A program made the position numbers and the translations under genes. From contig NC_043014.1 of the NCBI RefSeq assembly GCF_006345805.1, positions 41,974,001 through 42,038,000 of the forward strand: 64,000 nt of DNA, written 5' to 3'. Numbering within the stretch: position 1 is the stretch's first letter; each line of letters starts with the position of its first letter. The notes under the pieces were generated by a model. It was not told the DNA's origin. It made no database searches and worked only from the letters and a program-made list of their open reading frames with translations. The DNA is from Octopus sinensis. Its lineage: Eukaryota. Positions 26,526 through 39,232 of the stretch are shown here, piece by piece.

Positions 26526-27119
26526 GAGAGAGTAGAGAGAGATAGAAGATACATACTCTCCGTTCAATAGATTTATATTTACTCTTGCCACTGAAATTGA
26601 GTAATAAAACAGCAGTTTTCATTACGAGTAACTGGGGATCGAACTAGCTAGTTTTGTTGTCTCCCACTGAAAACTTATCTGGTACGGATTAACTCGCCTT
26701 TGGAGCTGTCAATGTCAAGAGTTATATAACTTCTTATGGGAAATGTAAACAAAATTATTAGAAACGTAATCAAATGAATATAATAATAGAAAGTTGACGG
26801 CTAAGCATTAAGTTTTGTACCAATACAATGTAGCATGAATGAATGTACTTTTATTCTTTTATTCTTTTAATCTATCATTCTTTCACTTGTTTCAGCCACT
26901 GGACTGCAGTCATTCTGAAACAACACACTGAATGTGAAATGAAGACTGAAAATTCTTTTAATAAATATATTATTTTACCTCTTTTCTGAAAATAGTAGGC
27001 TATGTGAAAGTACAAATAAAAGGTGCCATGCAATGGAACTGAACCCGGAATCATGTGTTTAGGAAGCAAGCCTCTTACCACACAGTCATATATAAGTATA
27101 TATATACATAACATACATA

Positions 27120-27183
<64 letters not shown>

Positions 27184-27466
27184 TATACGTATACACAGAC
27201 ATATAGAACTGTATAAGCATAAATATATCTTATTCCTATACAAGAATGTTGTTGATAGTGACTGCGAAGCTTCGGACAGCCGCAGATAGTTTAGTTACCA
27301 ATATACTGCTATGTCTGTTCTTATAGAACACCCATTTTAGGTGTCGATAAACATTACACATATAAATGTGTGTGTCTGTGTGTGTCTGTACGTATGTATA
27401 TATGTATGTGTGTATACGACTATGAAAACAAAGCAATTAAAATATGAAAAACTTATTACGTTTATG

Positions 27467-27730
27467 CGTGGAGGTGCGTAGCTTAGTGGTTAGGGTGTTA
27501 GCACCATGATCGTAAGTTTGTGGTTTCGATTCCTGGACCGGGCGACGCGTTGTGTTCTTGAGTAAAACACTTCATTTCACGTTGCTCTAGTCCACAGAGC
27601 TGGCAAAAATGAGTAACACTGCGATGGACTGGCGTCCCGTCCAGCTGGGGAACATATAACGCCATAGAAACCGGGAAACCGGACCCATTAGCCTGGCTAG
27701 GCTTTAAAAGGGCGCATTTATTTTATTTAT
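27467..27730 (+). mobile_element. tRNA-derived SINE (family D) with TSD and (TTTA)n tail
   Basis: A box TAGCTTAGTGG and B box GGTTTCGATTCC; TSD ttat(t/a)acgtttatg at 27453-66 and 27731-44. Confidence 0.85.
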
Positions 27731-28462
27731 TTATAACGTTTATGTACGGTTTTGTATATTGAAGATTCATTAACTGCTGCAGACAGATTTTGAAATATAA
27801 ATTAATCTTTTCTCTCTACGTTGTTTCAAATTTCACACAAACCTTGCAAATTAAAAGTTTTGAGCTCATGCCTTTTAAATCACTTTTTTTTTTTTAATTA
27901 AAGAATGATGTAGGAGTTTCGGTTTGGCCAATATAAGGTAGAATAAACGAGGGAGACGGGGAGGGGTGAGAGAGAATGAAGGGAAAAAATTTACGTTAAG
28001 TATACAGTTTATAATAAATCTATTTAATGCCATCAGCACAATCCTAAATAAATTTGATGAAAAAGTTCTTTCTCAAACACCATTTTCTTATAGAAAGTTA
28101 ATTACGTATAATAACAATTATACAGATAAGGAATATTTGACGTAAAATTAACTATTTAAAAAATGCGACAAATAATAAAATGTTAAAAGTAAGGCAATTT
28201 ATATCGCTGAGGAAGAACAAAGTGAATTTGTGAAATATTGTTTCTGTGAAAGAGGAAATGTGTTGTATGTCTTTGGAAGACGGGGCATGAAAATAGATAA
28301 GAATGAATTCACAATAGGGAATGTTAAGATTGAAGAGGTTAAAAAATGGGACATAATTTGTAAACTGCTATGAGTAAAAAAAACATAAAAAAATAATGAA
28401 ATACAATTATTAAGTAAAACAAAAAAACGAAGCGAAGAATGGAAATATATTCACCAATCAGC

Positions 28463-28562
28463 NNNNNNNNNNNNNNNNNNNNNNNNNNNNNNNNNNNNNN
28501 NNNNNNNNNNNNNNNNNNNNNNNNNNNNNNNNNNNNNNNNNNNNNNNNNNNNNNNNNNNNNN
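28463..28562. other. Assembly gap (100 N)
   Basis: Run of N. Confidence 1.
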
Positions 28563-29026
28563 TGCTCTCTTTCTTCTTCTCTCTCTGTTTCTATCTCTCT
28601 CTTTCTCCCTCTCACTCACTCTCTCTCTCTCTCTCTCTCGTGTACGATTGTCTCTGTATTTTCTCTCCTACTTTATCTTTCTCTTCTGTATCTCTGTCTG
28701 TCTGTCTGTCTCTAGCTCTCTCTCTTTCTCTCACTCCCCTCTTTCTCTCCCTCCCCTTTCTCTCCGTCCCTTTCTCTTTCTCCGTCTCCCTCCCTCCCCC
28801 CTCTCTCCCTCCCACTCCCACTATCTTTTCCTCTCCTCTTCAGTTGGTTATGTCTGATTCATGAAAATTTTTTTTCTCGTAAGCATCAAATCCAGCAATT
28901 TCGAAGATTAGATCATATATATATATATGTGAGTGTATTTCTCTGTGTGTGTGCGCGCGTGTGCGTGTGCGTGTGTGTGTGTGTGCGTGTGTAATGCCTG
29001 TTCCCCAGCAGCACCGCTTAACAACC

Positions 29027-29259
29027 GGCGAGCTGGCAGAAACGTTAGCACGCCGGGCGAAATGCTTAGCGGTATTTCGTCTGCGTTACGTTGTGAGTTC
29101 AAATTCCGCCGAGGTCGACTTTGCCTTTCATCCTTTCAGGGTCGATAAATTAAGTACCAGTTACGCACTAGGGTCGATGTAATCGATTTAATACCTATGT
29201 CTGTCCTTGTTTGTCCCCTCTGTGTTTAGCCCCTTGTGGGTAATAAAGAAATAGGTATT
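29027..29259 (+). mobile_element. SINE family B, full length
   Basis: Head GGCGAGCTGGCAGAAACGTTAGCAC, B-box-like GAGTTCAAATTCC, tail aaagaaataggtatt. Confidence 0.85.
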
Positions 29260-29430
29260 GTTTCGTTTACGTCTCTGTAAGTTAGCGGTTCGGCACAAGA
29301 GCCCGAAAGAATAAGTACCCAGCTTTAAAAAATAAGAACTAAGCTTGATTTATTTGACTAAAACACTCCGAGTCGTTGCTCCAGAATGGCGGCAATCCGA
29401 TGAATGAAACAAGCAAAAGATCAAAGAACA

Positions 29431-29815
29431 TCTCTCTCTATATAAACGGCAGTTTGTCTGTGCGTGTTTCTGTGTGTCTGTTTTCTCGTACCCTCACCCT
29501 GACCACGCTTTCAAACGATTCTGATGAAACTTGACACCACATAGCCCAATGTCATAATTCAAAAACTACGCAGCGAAAATTTTGAAAAGTTCCCCCAGTT
29601 CTGAAAAAAATCGATAATTCGACATGGGGTCGAGAATAAAAAAAAACAAACCACAGACTGTCTAGGGGACGCAACTCAACTCTTTTATTACTCTCAAAAA
29701 AAAATTTACCATCATTTTTTTTCCATTTTTTTGCTATTTTTTGGCTATAACTCTCTAAAAATGCTTTATAGTTATTTCCCTTACAAACCTGAGCAACGCC
29801 GGGCGATACTGCTAG
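29431..29815 (+). mobile_element. Non-autonomous Helitron-like element
   Basis: Starts TC after A, ends with hairpin then CTAG before T; no TSD. Confidence 0.8.
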
Positions 29816-30193
29816 TAATATATATAAAATTTAACCAATTGTTGACAATGAAGTTGTATGGATGAAAATTATAGAATTAAACCAGAAAATAACCCCTTTT
29901 ACCATATGCACAAGCTCTGGATTTAAAGGATGGGATCTGTTCGATTATATCGATACCAAGGTTTCACTGGTACTTATTTTATTGATTTTTCATAAAATTA
30001 GACCAGTGCTAACCTTGAACTAAACAATATCAGAAGCAACAACAACAACAACAGTAATGACACCGACAGCAGTAATAAAAATAGCAGAAGATTTGACCTT
30101 AAAATCTTAGTATCGGTTTAATCTGGTGTTCATGTCTTTATCAAATGAAAGGTCGATGTAAATTAAATGAATTAGACATCGTGTCCCTAGAAT

Positions 30194-30350
30194 GGCGTAG
30201 GAGTGGCTGTGTGGTAAATAGCTTGCTTCCCAACCACATGGTTACGGGTTCAGGCCCACTGCGTGGTGCTTTGGGTAAGTATCTTCTTCAATAGTCCTGG
30301 GCCGTCTTGTGAGTTGATTTGGTAGAGGGAAACTGACAGGAGCCAATCGT
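30194..30350 (+). mobile_element. SINE family A head fragment
   Basis: ggcgtaggagtggctgtgtggtaaatagcttgcttcccaaccacatgg... Confidence 0.75.
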
Positions 30351-30613
30351 GTGTGTGTAGCCGAAATTGCGAGGATGATCCGGTTCTTGAATGAAGATTA
30401 GAGGCTTCGAATGACCTGTCCGTTTTTTGTGTCGTCTATTTGAGTGCTTTGCGTTCTTGTCCCATCTTGCATTTTTTATATATATTTTTTATACATATAT
30501 ATATATATATATATGACTTTCTTTACATCAATACCCTAACATTGTTTTATTAGTAATTACTGAACATTGTTAAACATCCTCATACATAAAAACAGGAGTA
30601 AAAAAACACAACC

Positions 30614-30631
30614 CGTCCCTGGGTGGACTTA

Positions 30632-30681
<50 letters not shown>

Positions 30682-30687
30682 AGAGAC
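30614..30687 (-). tRNA. trnN: tRNA-Asn(GTT), B-box variant (T loop TTTAAGT)
   Basis: 74-nt match; C56 changed to T, possibly impaired. Confidence 0.75.
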
Positions 30688-30714
30688 GACATGCTAACTA
30701 TTTTTTTTACATAG

Positions 30715-30750
<36 letters not shown>

Positions 30751-31185
30751 ATCTTTGTGCCTGTCTGTGGTCCCACCGCAGCTTCACAACCGGTGTTGGT
30801 GTGTTTACATTCCCGTAAAAGAGTACGGTAGAATAAGTACTAGGCTTTAAAAAGTAAATACTAGGGTCAATATGTTCGACTAAAACAACGCGGTGCCCCA
30901 GCATGGCCACAATCATATGGCTGAAACAAATAAAAAACAAAAGATAAAAAAATTGAACTTGCCTAAGGAATACCCATTCAGCCAGATGCTGATTTGCTGG
31001 AAAGTATACTTCTGACTTTTTAATTAAGAGAAATATAAGAAATTAATTAATTATTGATTTCTGATTAGCGAACTTAGTAAACAAGTTAATATTTCCCGCG
31101 GCTTTTCATAAATCTGTTATTAAAAATCGGAAAAAAGAAATAAAAGAAATATATATATGTCTATGTAAAATCTAGCTAGCATGTC

Positions 31186-31191
31186 GTCTCT

Positions 31192-31242
<51 letters not shown>

Positions 31243-31259
31243 GAGTCCACCCAGGGACG
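31186..31259 (+). tRNA. trnN: tRNA-Asn(GTT)
   Basis: Intact cloverleaf, T loop TTCGAGT. Confidence 0.95.
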
Positions 31260-31377
31260 GGTTGTATTTGTTAAACTCCTGCTTTTATTTATGAGGATGT
31301 TTAACAATGTTCAGTAACTACTAATAAGACAATTTTAGGGTATTGATGTCAAGAAAGTCATATACTTTTATTAGTAA

Positions 31378-31736
31378 CTAGCAGTATCGCCCGGCGTTGC
31401 TCGGGTTTGTAAGGGAAATAACTATAAAGCATTTTTAGAGAGTTATAGCCAAAAAATGGAAAAAGAAAATGATGGTAAATTTTGTGGAGTTGCGTCCCCT
31501 AGACAGTCTGTGGTTTGTGTTTCTGATTCTCGACCCGATGTCGAATTTATCGATTTTTTTCAGAACTGGGGGAACTTTTCAAAATTTTCGCTGCGTTAGT
31601 TTTGAATTATGACATTGGGCTATGTGTGTGTCAAGTTTCATCAGAATCGGTTGAAAGCCGTGGTCAGGGTGAGGGTACAACCTGACAGACACACAGACAC
31701 ACACACAGACAAACTGCCGTTTATATAGAGAGAAGA
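31378..31736 (-). mobile_element. Non-autonomous Helitron-like element
   Basis: CTAG at 31378-81 with hairpin; inserted in tattagtaa|ttactgaa, a sequence present uninterrupted at 30548-64. Confidence 0.8.
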
Positions 31737-31846
31737 TTACTGAAGAATGTCAGTTACGGCCTGCAGAACCACAAACAATTGATTATCTAACAGCTTATCA
31801 GCAAGAAAAAAAAGAAATATATATTTATGTCAACAACTTTCATGTC

Positions 31847-31852
31847 GTCTCT

Positions 31853-31913
<61 letters not shown>

Positions 31914-31920
31914 AGGGACG
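31847..31920 (+). tRNA. trnN: tRNA-Asn(GTT)
   Basis: Intact; oligo-T downstream. Confidence 0.95.
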
Positions 31921-32132
31921 AGTGGTTTCTTTTTTTTTACCCTAGTATTTACTTTTTAAAGCCTAGTACTTATTCTACCGTACTCTTTTACGGGAACGTA
32001 AACACACCAACACCGGTTGTGAAGCTGCGGTGGGAACACAGACAGGCACAAAGATACACACACACACACACATACACACACACACACACACATACACACA
32101 TATGTCTATGTAAAAAAAATAGTTAGCATGTC

Positions 32133-32138
32133 GTCTCT

Positions 32139-32199
<61 letters not shown>

Positions 32200-32206
32200 A
32201 GGGACG
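32133..32206 (+). tRNA. trnN: tRNA-Asn(GTT)
   Basis: Intact; long oligo-T downstream. Confidence 0.95.
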
Positions 32207-32272
32207 ACTGATTTTTTTTTTTTTTTCTTTTAACCACTGTTTTTATTTATTCGGTAGTTTAATTCTTCGATT

Positions 32273-32552
32273 GTGGAGGCGTGTAGCATAGTGGTTAGGG
32301 TTTCAGCACCATGATCGTAGGATTGTGGTTTCGATTCGTGGACCGGGCGACGCGTTGTGTTCTTGAGCAAAACACTTCATTTCACGTTGCTCCAGTCCAC
32401 TCAGCTGGCAAAAATGAGTAATGCTGCGATGGACTGGCGTCCCGTCCAGGTGGGGAACACATACGCCGTAGAAACCGGGAAACCGGGCCTATGAGCCTGG
32501 CTAGGCTTTAAAAGGGCGCGTTTATTTTATTTTATTTTATTTTATTATTTCT
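32273..32552 (+). mobile_element. SINE family D with 15-bp TSD and (TTTTA)n tail
   Basis: TSD tttaattcttcgatt at 32258-72 and 32553-67. Confidence 0.9.
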
Positions 32553-33477
32553 TTTAATTCTTCGATTAACCTTAGTTTAATCAAGTTTCGGTCTTATATC
32601 ATTCTCTATTTCATTTTTTTTTCTCTCTGGACGTAATTATGTCTTTAAAATCAATAGATGCAGTTTTGTGAAATTGTTTTATCGGTCAGGTGTAAAAAGG
32701 GCTACACCCTTGATTTTAACAGACCCTCCAAGACGGTGAGGTTTCTGTCCTTCACGAGTATAAAGCATGAGATAAGGTAATTTCAGAGAGAGACCTATTT
32801 GAGGGAGTACGATCAAAGATATTCTGGTATTAACCATACCTTTTGAAAATCTAAAGGTACATTGTCAAGAAGTTCATCTTATTTTGAAATGGTTGGGTGA
32901 GAGATTTCACAGAATCTGTCTGCTATTTCCTGTCATCTCGAGTCACCACGCAGAAGCAACCTCGTTGGCATGTATTGGTGAATATGTCTTTGCTAATCAG
33001 TAATCATGTGTTTGTTCTGGGTTTTAGCAATCCGTATTTCGTAACTGGTTGACTTAATCTGCAGCCTTGTTTAACACCACCACCGCCCTCGTTGCCACTG
33101 CCTCCGCCGCCGCCGCCGCCGCACCCACCACCACAACCATTAGGACCTTAGATGTTTTTACTGGAGTTTCATTTATTGCAAGCATTTCAGTAAGGTCTCC
33201 GGCTTGGGAACATTTCCTTCCTTCTGCACAAAGACCTTCCCTCCTCGATTTAACCGAAGAAAGCAGAAAAATAAAGGACATAGCTATATGGTTAAGAAGG
33301 ACGCTTAACAACCACACTGTTTCGGGTTCGATTCTATGAAGTTCAAAGAAACTATGAAGACGCTCATTGTATATTCATGCTTGTGTGTGTACGTATGTGA
33401 GTCTATATATATAGACGCCATGATAGATCGTTAGTCACGACACACATTTTTTTCTCTCCTTGTTTTTTTCTGTGTCC

Positions 33478-33513
33478 CTTTCTGTAGAAGAGCGTAGGCT
33501 CGAAACGTAAAAG
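33478..33513 (+). ncRNA. Minimal hammerhead-like motif (A6 replaced by U)
   Basis: CTTT CTGTAGA A GAGC-GTAG-GCTC GAA ACGT A AAAG; GUA triplet, predicted cut after 33509. Confidence 0.55.
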
Positions 33514-33602
33514 ACTTTTTCTATTCCTGAGCGTTATACTAATACATCTGTTTGTTTTGTACACCACCTGCCTTCGTCTTTTCTTTTGTTTTCGTAAACT
33601 TT

Positions 33603-33683
<81 letters not shown>

Positions 33684-34506
33684 TAAATATTGTCAGGTTT
33701 TGATTACTTTTTACATAGATCGCTAGGGAAATGTGTAATTGAAAGCATATTTAGTATGGGTATTAGAAAAGTTTTCTTATGCGATTCATAAGACTATGAA
33801 CTGTTTTCATGCGACTCAATAACTGGCACTCTGTTGGATACTAAAACGAGTGTTGCAATTGAGCCGATCAACGGAACAATCTGCTTCTGAAATTAATATA
33901 CAAGTGGCTGAGCACTCCACAAACACGCGCATCCTTGACGTAGTTCTCGGGGAGATCCAGCGTGACACGAAATGTGAGATGGTTGGCTCTTTCAATTAGA
34001 GGCACAACTGGAGCAACATGAAGTCAATTTTCTTGCTTAATGACACAACGCGACGCCAGGAATCGAACTCATGACCTTACGATCGAGAGTCGAATTCACT
34101 AACCACTGAGCCACGCGTATTTACTCAATAGAGTTACAAGCAGGATTTTCAGTGAGAGATCTATTAAATTATAATTGTGACGAACGGAGTTTGTTATTAA
34201 TTGGTATTGTACTATTGTGAGTGTACTCATGTGATTAGCAACTGATAGAGTCAAACTGGTACGTGCACATATAGTAACGAGAGTGTCTGATTGGCTAGAT
34301 TTTGAGAAGTTGGTGTATAGGGAGTTCGTGAAGCATTTCATAGTTCAATGATAAGATAAACAATGTTAGGGTACTGATGTAGGGAAATCTATTATTTATT
34401 TTAAGTCGTTTATTATTATTATTATTTATATATATTTCCTTTTCAGATTAGAATACATGTTCAAAAATTGTGATACGAAAGGCCAAAAGTAAAATATCAA
34501 ATGCCA

Positions 34507-34580
34507 CGTCCCTGGGTGGATTCGAACCACCAACATTTCGGTTAACAGCCGAACGCGCTAACCGGTTGCGCCACGGAGAC
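34507..34580 (-). tRNA. trnN: tRNA-Asn(GTT) variant (C6:A67 mismatch)
   Basis: 74 nt, GTCTCCG start. Confidence 0.8.
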
Positions 34581-34683
34581 AGCTGCTGGTAATGTCCCTC
34601 ACTAAGGTATTTAATTGTTTTGAAATTTAGCAAAGTTTAATTAGATTTCTTATGTACGAAAAGCACGAAATCCGTTATCAGCT

Positions 34684-34711
34684 GGCTCTATGGCGCAATC
34701 GGTTAGCGCGT
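34684..34711 (+). pseudogene. 5' fragment (nt 1-28, A box) of tRNA-Asn, opposite strand to the unit's genes
   Basis: GGCTCTATGGCGCAATCGGTTAGCGCGT followed by unrelated gactgg. Confidence 0.8.
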
Positions 34712-34761
34712 GACTGGAAAATTTCGGCAGTGATATCTATACTTATATAATTTTCAGTATA

Positions 34762-34844
34762 CAGTAAATCTCTCGACTATCACGGGTGTTACGTTCCATA
34801 CTCCTCCGCGATAAGTGAAAATCCGCGAAGTAGAAACAGTACTG
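34762..34844 (+). mobile_element. 83-bp TA-flanked Tc1/pogo-type miniature remnant, repeated in the tRNA units
   Basis: TA|CAGTA...TACTG|TA termini; copies near 37.2, 39.3 and 42.1 kb and inverted near 44.8, 45.6, 55.8 and 56.6 kb; family assignment from recall only. Confidence 0.45.
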
Positions 34845-35135
34845 TACTGAGTTTCTTTTTTTAATAATCTGCATATAATTATTTTATCATAAATGCAAAA
34901 ATAACACCACGGAGGAATCGACGTAAACTTAAATAGCAAACCGTGATATGGAGAGAGATTGCTATATTTCACGAAAATTAGTATAATGTGGACAGGCAAA
35001 GATTTTTGAGTCGAACATAACGACCACCGATATGCGCGAGAAAGTGATGTGTAAGAATTATACTATTAAAGTGAAGATATATTTATTCCCTGAGGTGTAT
35101 AGATATTGATATAAACAAATCAAAAGAAAATATAT

Positions 35136-35212
35136 CGTTCCTGGGTGGGCTTGAACCACCAACATTTCGATTAACCAGCCGAAACGCGCTAACCGATTGC
35201 GCCACAAGAGAC
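35136..35212 (-). pseudogene. trnN: tRNA-Asn copy with three 1-nt insertions (pseudogene or sequencing error)
   Basis: 77 nt; the paralog at 39657 lacks the indels. Confidence 0.7.
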
Positions 35213-35729
35213 AACTGAAGCTATAGTTTGTTCACAATGTATTTATTTGTTTTGCAATGAAGCCTAATTTATAAATGGCGCATTATTTTATGTTTGTTTT
35301 TTAATTCTTCGATTAACCTTGGTTTAATCAAGTTTCGGTCTTATATCATTCTCTATTTCATTTTATTTTCTCTCTGGACGTAATTATGTCTTTAAAATCA
35401 ATAGATGCAGTTTTGTGAAATTATTTTATCAGTCAGGTGTAAAAAGGGCTACACCCTTGATTTTAACAGACCCTCCAAGACGGTGAGGTTTCTATCCTTG
35501 ACGATCATAAAGCATGAGGTAAGGTAATTTCAGAGAGAGACCTACGTGAGGAATACGATCAAAGATATTCTGGTATTAACCAGATCTAAAACTACATTGT
35601 CAAGAAGTTCAACTTATTTTGAAATGGTTGGATGAAAGATTTCACAGAATCTGTTTGCTATTTCCTGGCATCTCGGGTCACCACGCAGAGGCAACCACGT
35701 TGGCATTTATTGGTGAATATGTCTTTGCT

Positions 35730-36119
35730 GTGTGGAGGCGCAATGGCCCAGTAGTTAGGGCAGCGGACTCGCGGTCGGAGGATCGCGGTTTCGATTCCCA
35801 GACCGGGCATTGTGAGTGTTTATTGAGCGAAAACACCTAAAGCTCCACGAGCCTCCGGCAGGGGGTGGTGGTGAACCCTGATGTACTCTTTCACCACAAC
35901 TTTCTCTCGCTCTTTCTTCTTGTTTCTCTTGTACCTGTATTTCAAAGGGCCAGCCTTGTCACACTCTGTGTCACGCTGAATCTCCTCGAGAACTACGTTA
36001 GGGTACACGTGTCTGTGGAGTGCTCAGCCACTTGCACGTTAATATCACGAGCAAGCTGTTCCGTTGATCGTATCAGCTGGGACCCTCATCGTCGCAACCG
36101 ACGGAGTGCTCCATCCATT
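35730..36119 (+). mobile_element. SINE family C (tail type 1) with 8-bp TSD, present in only one array unit
   Basis: TSD tctttgct at 35722-29 and 36120-27; empty site in the paralogous unit near 32988. Confidence 0.9.
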
Positions 36120-36973
36120 TCTTTGCTAATCAGTAATCATGTGTTTGTTCTGGGTTTTAGCAATCCGGATTTCATAACTAGTTGACTTAATCTGCAGCCT
36201 TGTTTAACACCACCACCGCCGTCGTTGTCACTGTCTCCGCCGCCGCCGCCACTCCCACCACCACTACCACCACCGCCGCCACCACCACCACAATTACTAC
36301 TACCACTAGGACCTTAGATGTTTTTACTGGAGTTTCATTTATTGCAAGCATTTGAGTAAGGTCTCCGGCTTGAGAACATTTCCTTCCTTCTGCACAAAGA
36401 CCTTCCCTCCTTGATTTAACCGAAGAAAGCAGAAAAATTAAGGACATAGCTACTCATTTTTGCCAAATGGGTGGACTTGAGCAACGTTAAGTCAAGACTC
36501 TTGCTCAATGACACAAAGCGACGCCGGGAATCGAACTCATGATCTTTCGATCGTGAGCCAAATTCACTAACCACTGAGCCACGCGTATTTACTCGATAGA
36601 GTTACAAGCAGGATTTTCTGTGAGGGATCTATTAAATTATAATTGTGACGAACGGAGTTTGTTATTAATTGGTATTGTACTATTGTGAGTGTACTCATGT
36701 GATTAGCTGTTGATAGAGTCAACCGGTGCGTGCACATATAGTAACGAGAGTGTCTGATTGGCTAGATTTTGAGAAGTTGGTGTATAGGGAGTTCGTGAAG
36801 CATTTCATAGTTCAATGATAAGATAAAGAAAGTTAGGGTACTGATGTAGGGAAATCTATTATTTATTTTACGCCGTATTTTATATTATTATTTACATATA
36901 TTTCCTCTTCAGATTAGAATACATGTTCAAAAATTGTGATACGAAAGGTCAAAAGTAAAATATCAAATATCAC

Positions 36974-36990
36974 CGTCCCTGGGTGGACTC

Positions 36991-37041
<51 letters not shown>

Positions 37042-37047
37042 AGAGAC
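36974..37047 (-). tRNA. trnN: tRNA-Asn(GTT)
   Basis: Intact. Confidence 0.95.
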
Positions 37048-37150
37048 AGCTACTGGCGACGTTCCTCACTAAGGTATTTAATTGTTTTGAAATTTAGCAA
37101 AGATTAATTAGATTTCTAAAGTATGAAAGGCACAAAATCCGTTATCAGCT

Positions 37151-37178
37151 GGCTCTATGGCGCAATCGGCTAGCGCGT
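37151..37178 (+). pseudogene. 5' fragment of tRNA-Asn
   Basis: GGCTCTATGGCGCAATCGGCTAGCGCGT. Confidence 0.8.
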
Positions 37179-37596
37179 GACTGGAAAATTTCGGCAGTGA
37201 TTCTATACTTATATATTTTCAGTATACAGTAAATCTCTCGACTATCACGGGTGGTTACGTACCGAACACCTCCGCGATAAGTGAAAATCCGCGAAGTAGA
37301 AACATACTGTACTGAGTTTCTTTTTTTAATAATTTGCATATAATTATTTTATCATAAATGCAAAAATAACACCACGGAGGAATCACGTAAGCTTAAATAG
37401 CAAACCGTGATATGGAGAGAGATTGCTATATTTCACGAAAATTAGTATAATGTGGACAGGCAAAGATTTTTGAGTCGAACATAACGACCGCCGATATGCG
37501 CGGAAAGTGATGTGTAAGAATTATACTATAAAGTTATGATATATCTTATTTCCTGAGGTGTATAGATATTGATATAAACAAATCAAAAGAAAATAT

Positions 37597-37630
37597 CGTT
37601 CCTGGTGGGCTTGAACCACCAACATTTCGA

Positions 37631-37663
<33 letters not shown>

Positions 37664-37669
37664 AGAGAC
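37597..37669 (-). pseudogene. trnN: tRNA-Asn copy with 1-nt deletion
   Basis: 73 nt; otherwise the same as 39657. Confidence 0.7.
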
Positions 37670-39029
37670 AACTGAAGCTATAGTTGTTCACAATATTTAT
37701 TTGTTTTGCAATGAAGCCTAATTTAATAAATGGCGCATTATTTTTTATGTTTGTTTTTTAATTCTTCGATTAACCTTGGTTTAATCAAGTTTCGGTCTTA
37801 TATCATTCTCTATTTCTTTTTTTTTTCTCTCTGGACGTAATTATGTCTTTAAAATCAATAGATGCAGTTTTGTGAAATTATTTTATCAGTCAGGTGTAAA
37901 AAGGGCTACCCCTTAATTTAACAGACCCTCCAAGACGGTGAGGTTTCTGTCCTTGACGATCATAAAGCATGAGGTAAGGTAAGGTCAGAGAGAGACCTAT
38001 TTGAGGGAGTACGATCAAAGATTTCTGGTATTAACCATACCTTTTGAAAATCTAAAGGTACATTGTCAAGAAGTTCATCTTATTTTGAAATAGTTGGATG
38101 AAAGATTTCACAAATCTGTTTGCTATTTCCTGGCATCTCGGGTCACCACGCAGAGGCAACCACATTGGCATGTATTGGTGAATATGTCTTTGCCAATTAG
38201 TCATAATGTGTTTGTTCTGGGTTTTAGCAATCCGGATTTCATAACTAGTTGACTTAATCTGCCAGCCTTGTTTAACACACCACCGCCGTCGTTGTCACTG
38301 TCTCCGCCGCCGCCGCCACTCCCACCACCACTACACCACCGCCGCCACCACCACCACAATTACTACTACCACTAGGACCTTAGATTTTTTACTGGAGTTT
38401 CATTTATTGCAGCATTTGAGTAAGGTCTCCGGCTTGAGAACATTTCCTTCCTTCTGCACAAAGACCTTCCCTCCTTGATTTACCGAAGAAAGCAGAAAAA
38501 TAAGGACATAGCTACTCATTTTTGCCAAATGGGTGGACTTGAGCAACGTTAGTCAAGACTCTTGCTCAATGACACAAAGCGACGCCGGGAATCGAACTCA
38601 TGATCTTTCGATCGTGAGCCAAATTCACTAACCACTGACCACGCGTATTTACTCGATAGAGTTACAAGCAGGATTTTCTGTGAGGGATCTATTAAATTAT
38701 AATTGTGACCGGAGTTTGTGTATTAATTGGTATTGTACTATTGTGAGTGTACTCATGTGATTAGCTGTTGATAGAGTCAAACCGGTGCGTGCACATATAG
38801 TAACGAGAGTGTCTGATTGGCTCGATTTTGAGAAGTTGGTGTATAGGGAGTTCGTGAAGCATTTCATAGTTCAATGATAAGATAAGAAAGTTAGGGTACT
38901 GATGTAGGGAAATCTATTATTATTTTACGCCGTATTTTATATTATTATTTACATATATTTCCTCTTCAGATTAGAATACATGTTCAAAATTGTGATACGA
39001 AAGGTCAAAAGTAAAATATCAAATATCAC

Positions 39030-39053
39030 CGTCCTGGGTGGACTCGAACCACC

Positions 39054-39095
<42 letters not shown>

Positions 39096-39101
39096 AGAGA
39101 C
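39030..39101 (-). pseudogene. trnN: tRNA-Asn copy with two 1-nt deletions
   Basis: 72 nt; otherwise the same as 36974. Confidence 0.7.
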
Positions 39102-39204
39102 AGCTACTGGCGACGTTCCTCACTAAGGTATTTAATTGTTTTGAAATTTAGCAAAGATTAATTAGATTTCTAAAGTATGAAAGGCACAAAATCCGTTATC
39201 AGCT

Positions 39205-39232
39205 GGCTCTATGGCGCAATCGGCTAGCGCGT
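39205..39232 (+). pseudogene. 5' fragment of tRNA-Asn
   Basis: GGCTCTATGGCGCAATCGGCTAGCGCGT. Confidence 0.8.

Noticed and set aside
30360-30480. ATGAAGA...TTCGAATG segment in a short repeat also seen inverted near 13700-13790
   Set aside because: Neither CUGA nor GAAA is intact and no consistent helices form; not called a ribozyme.
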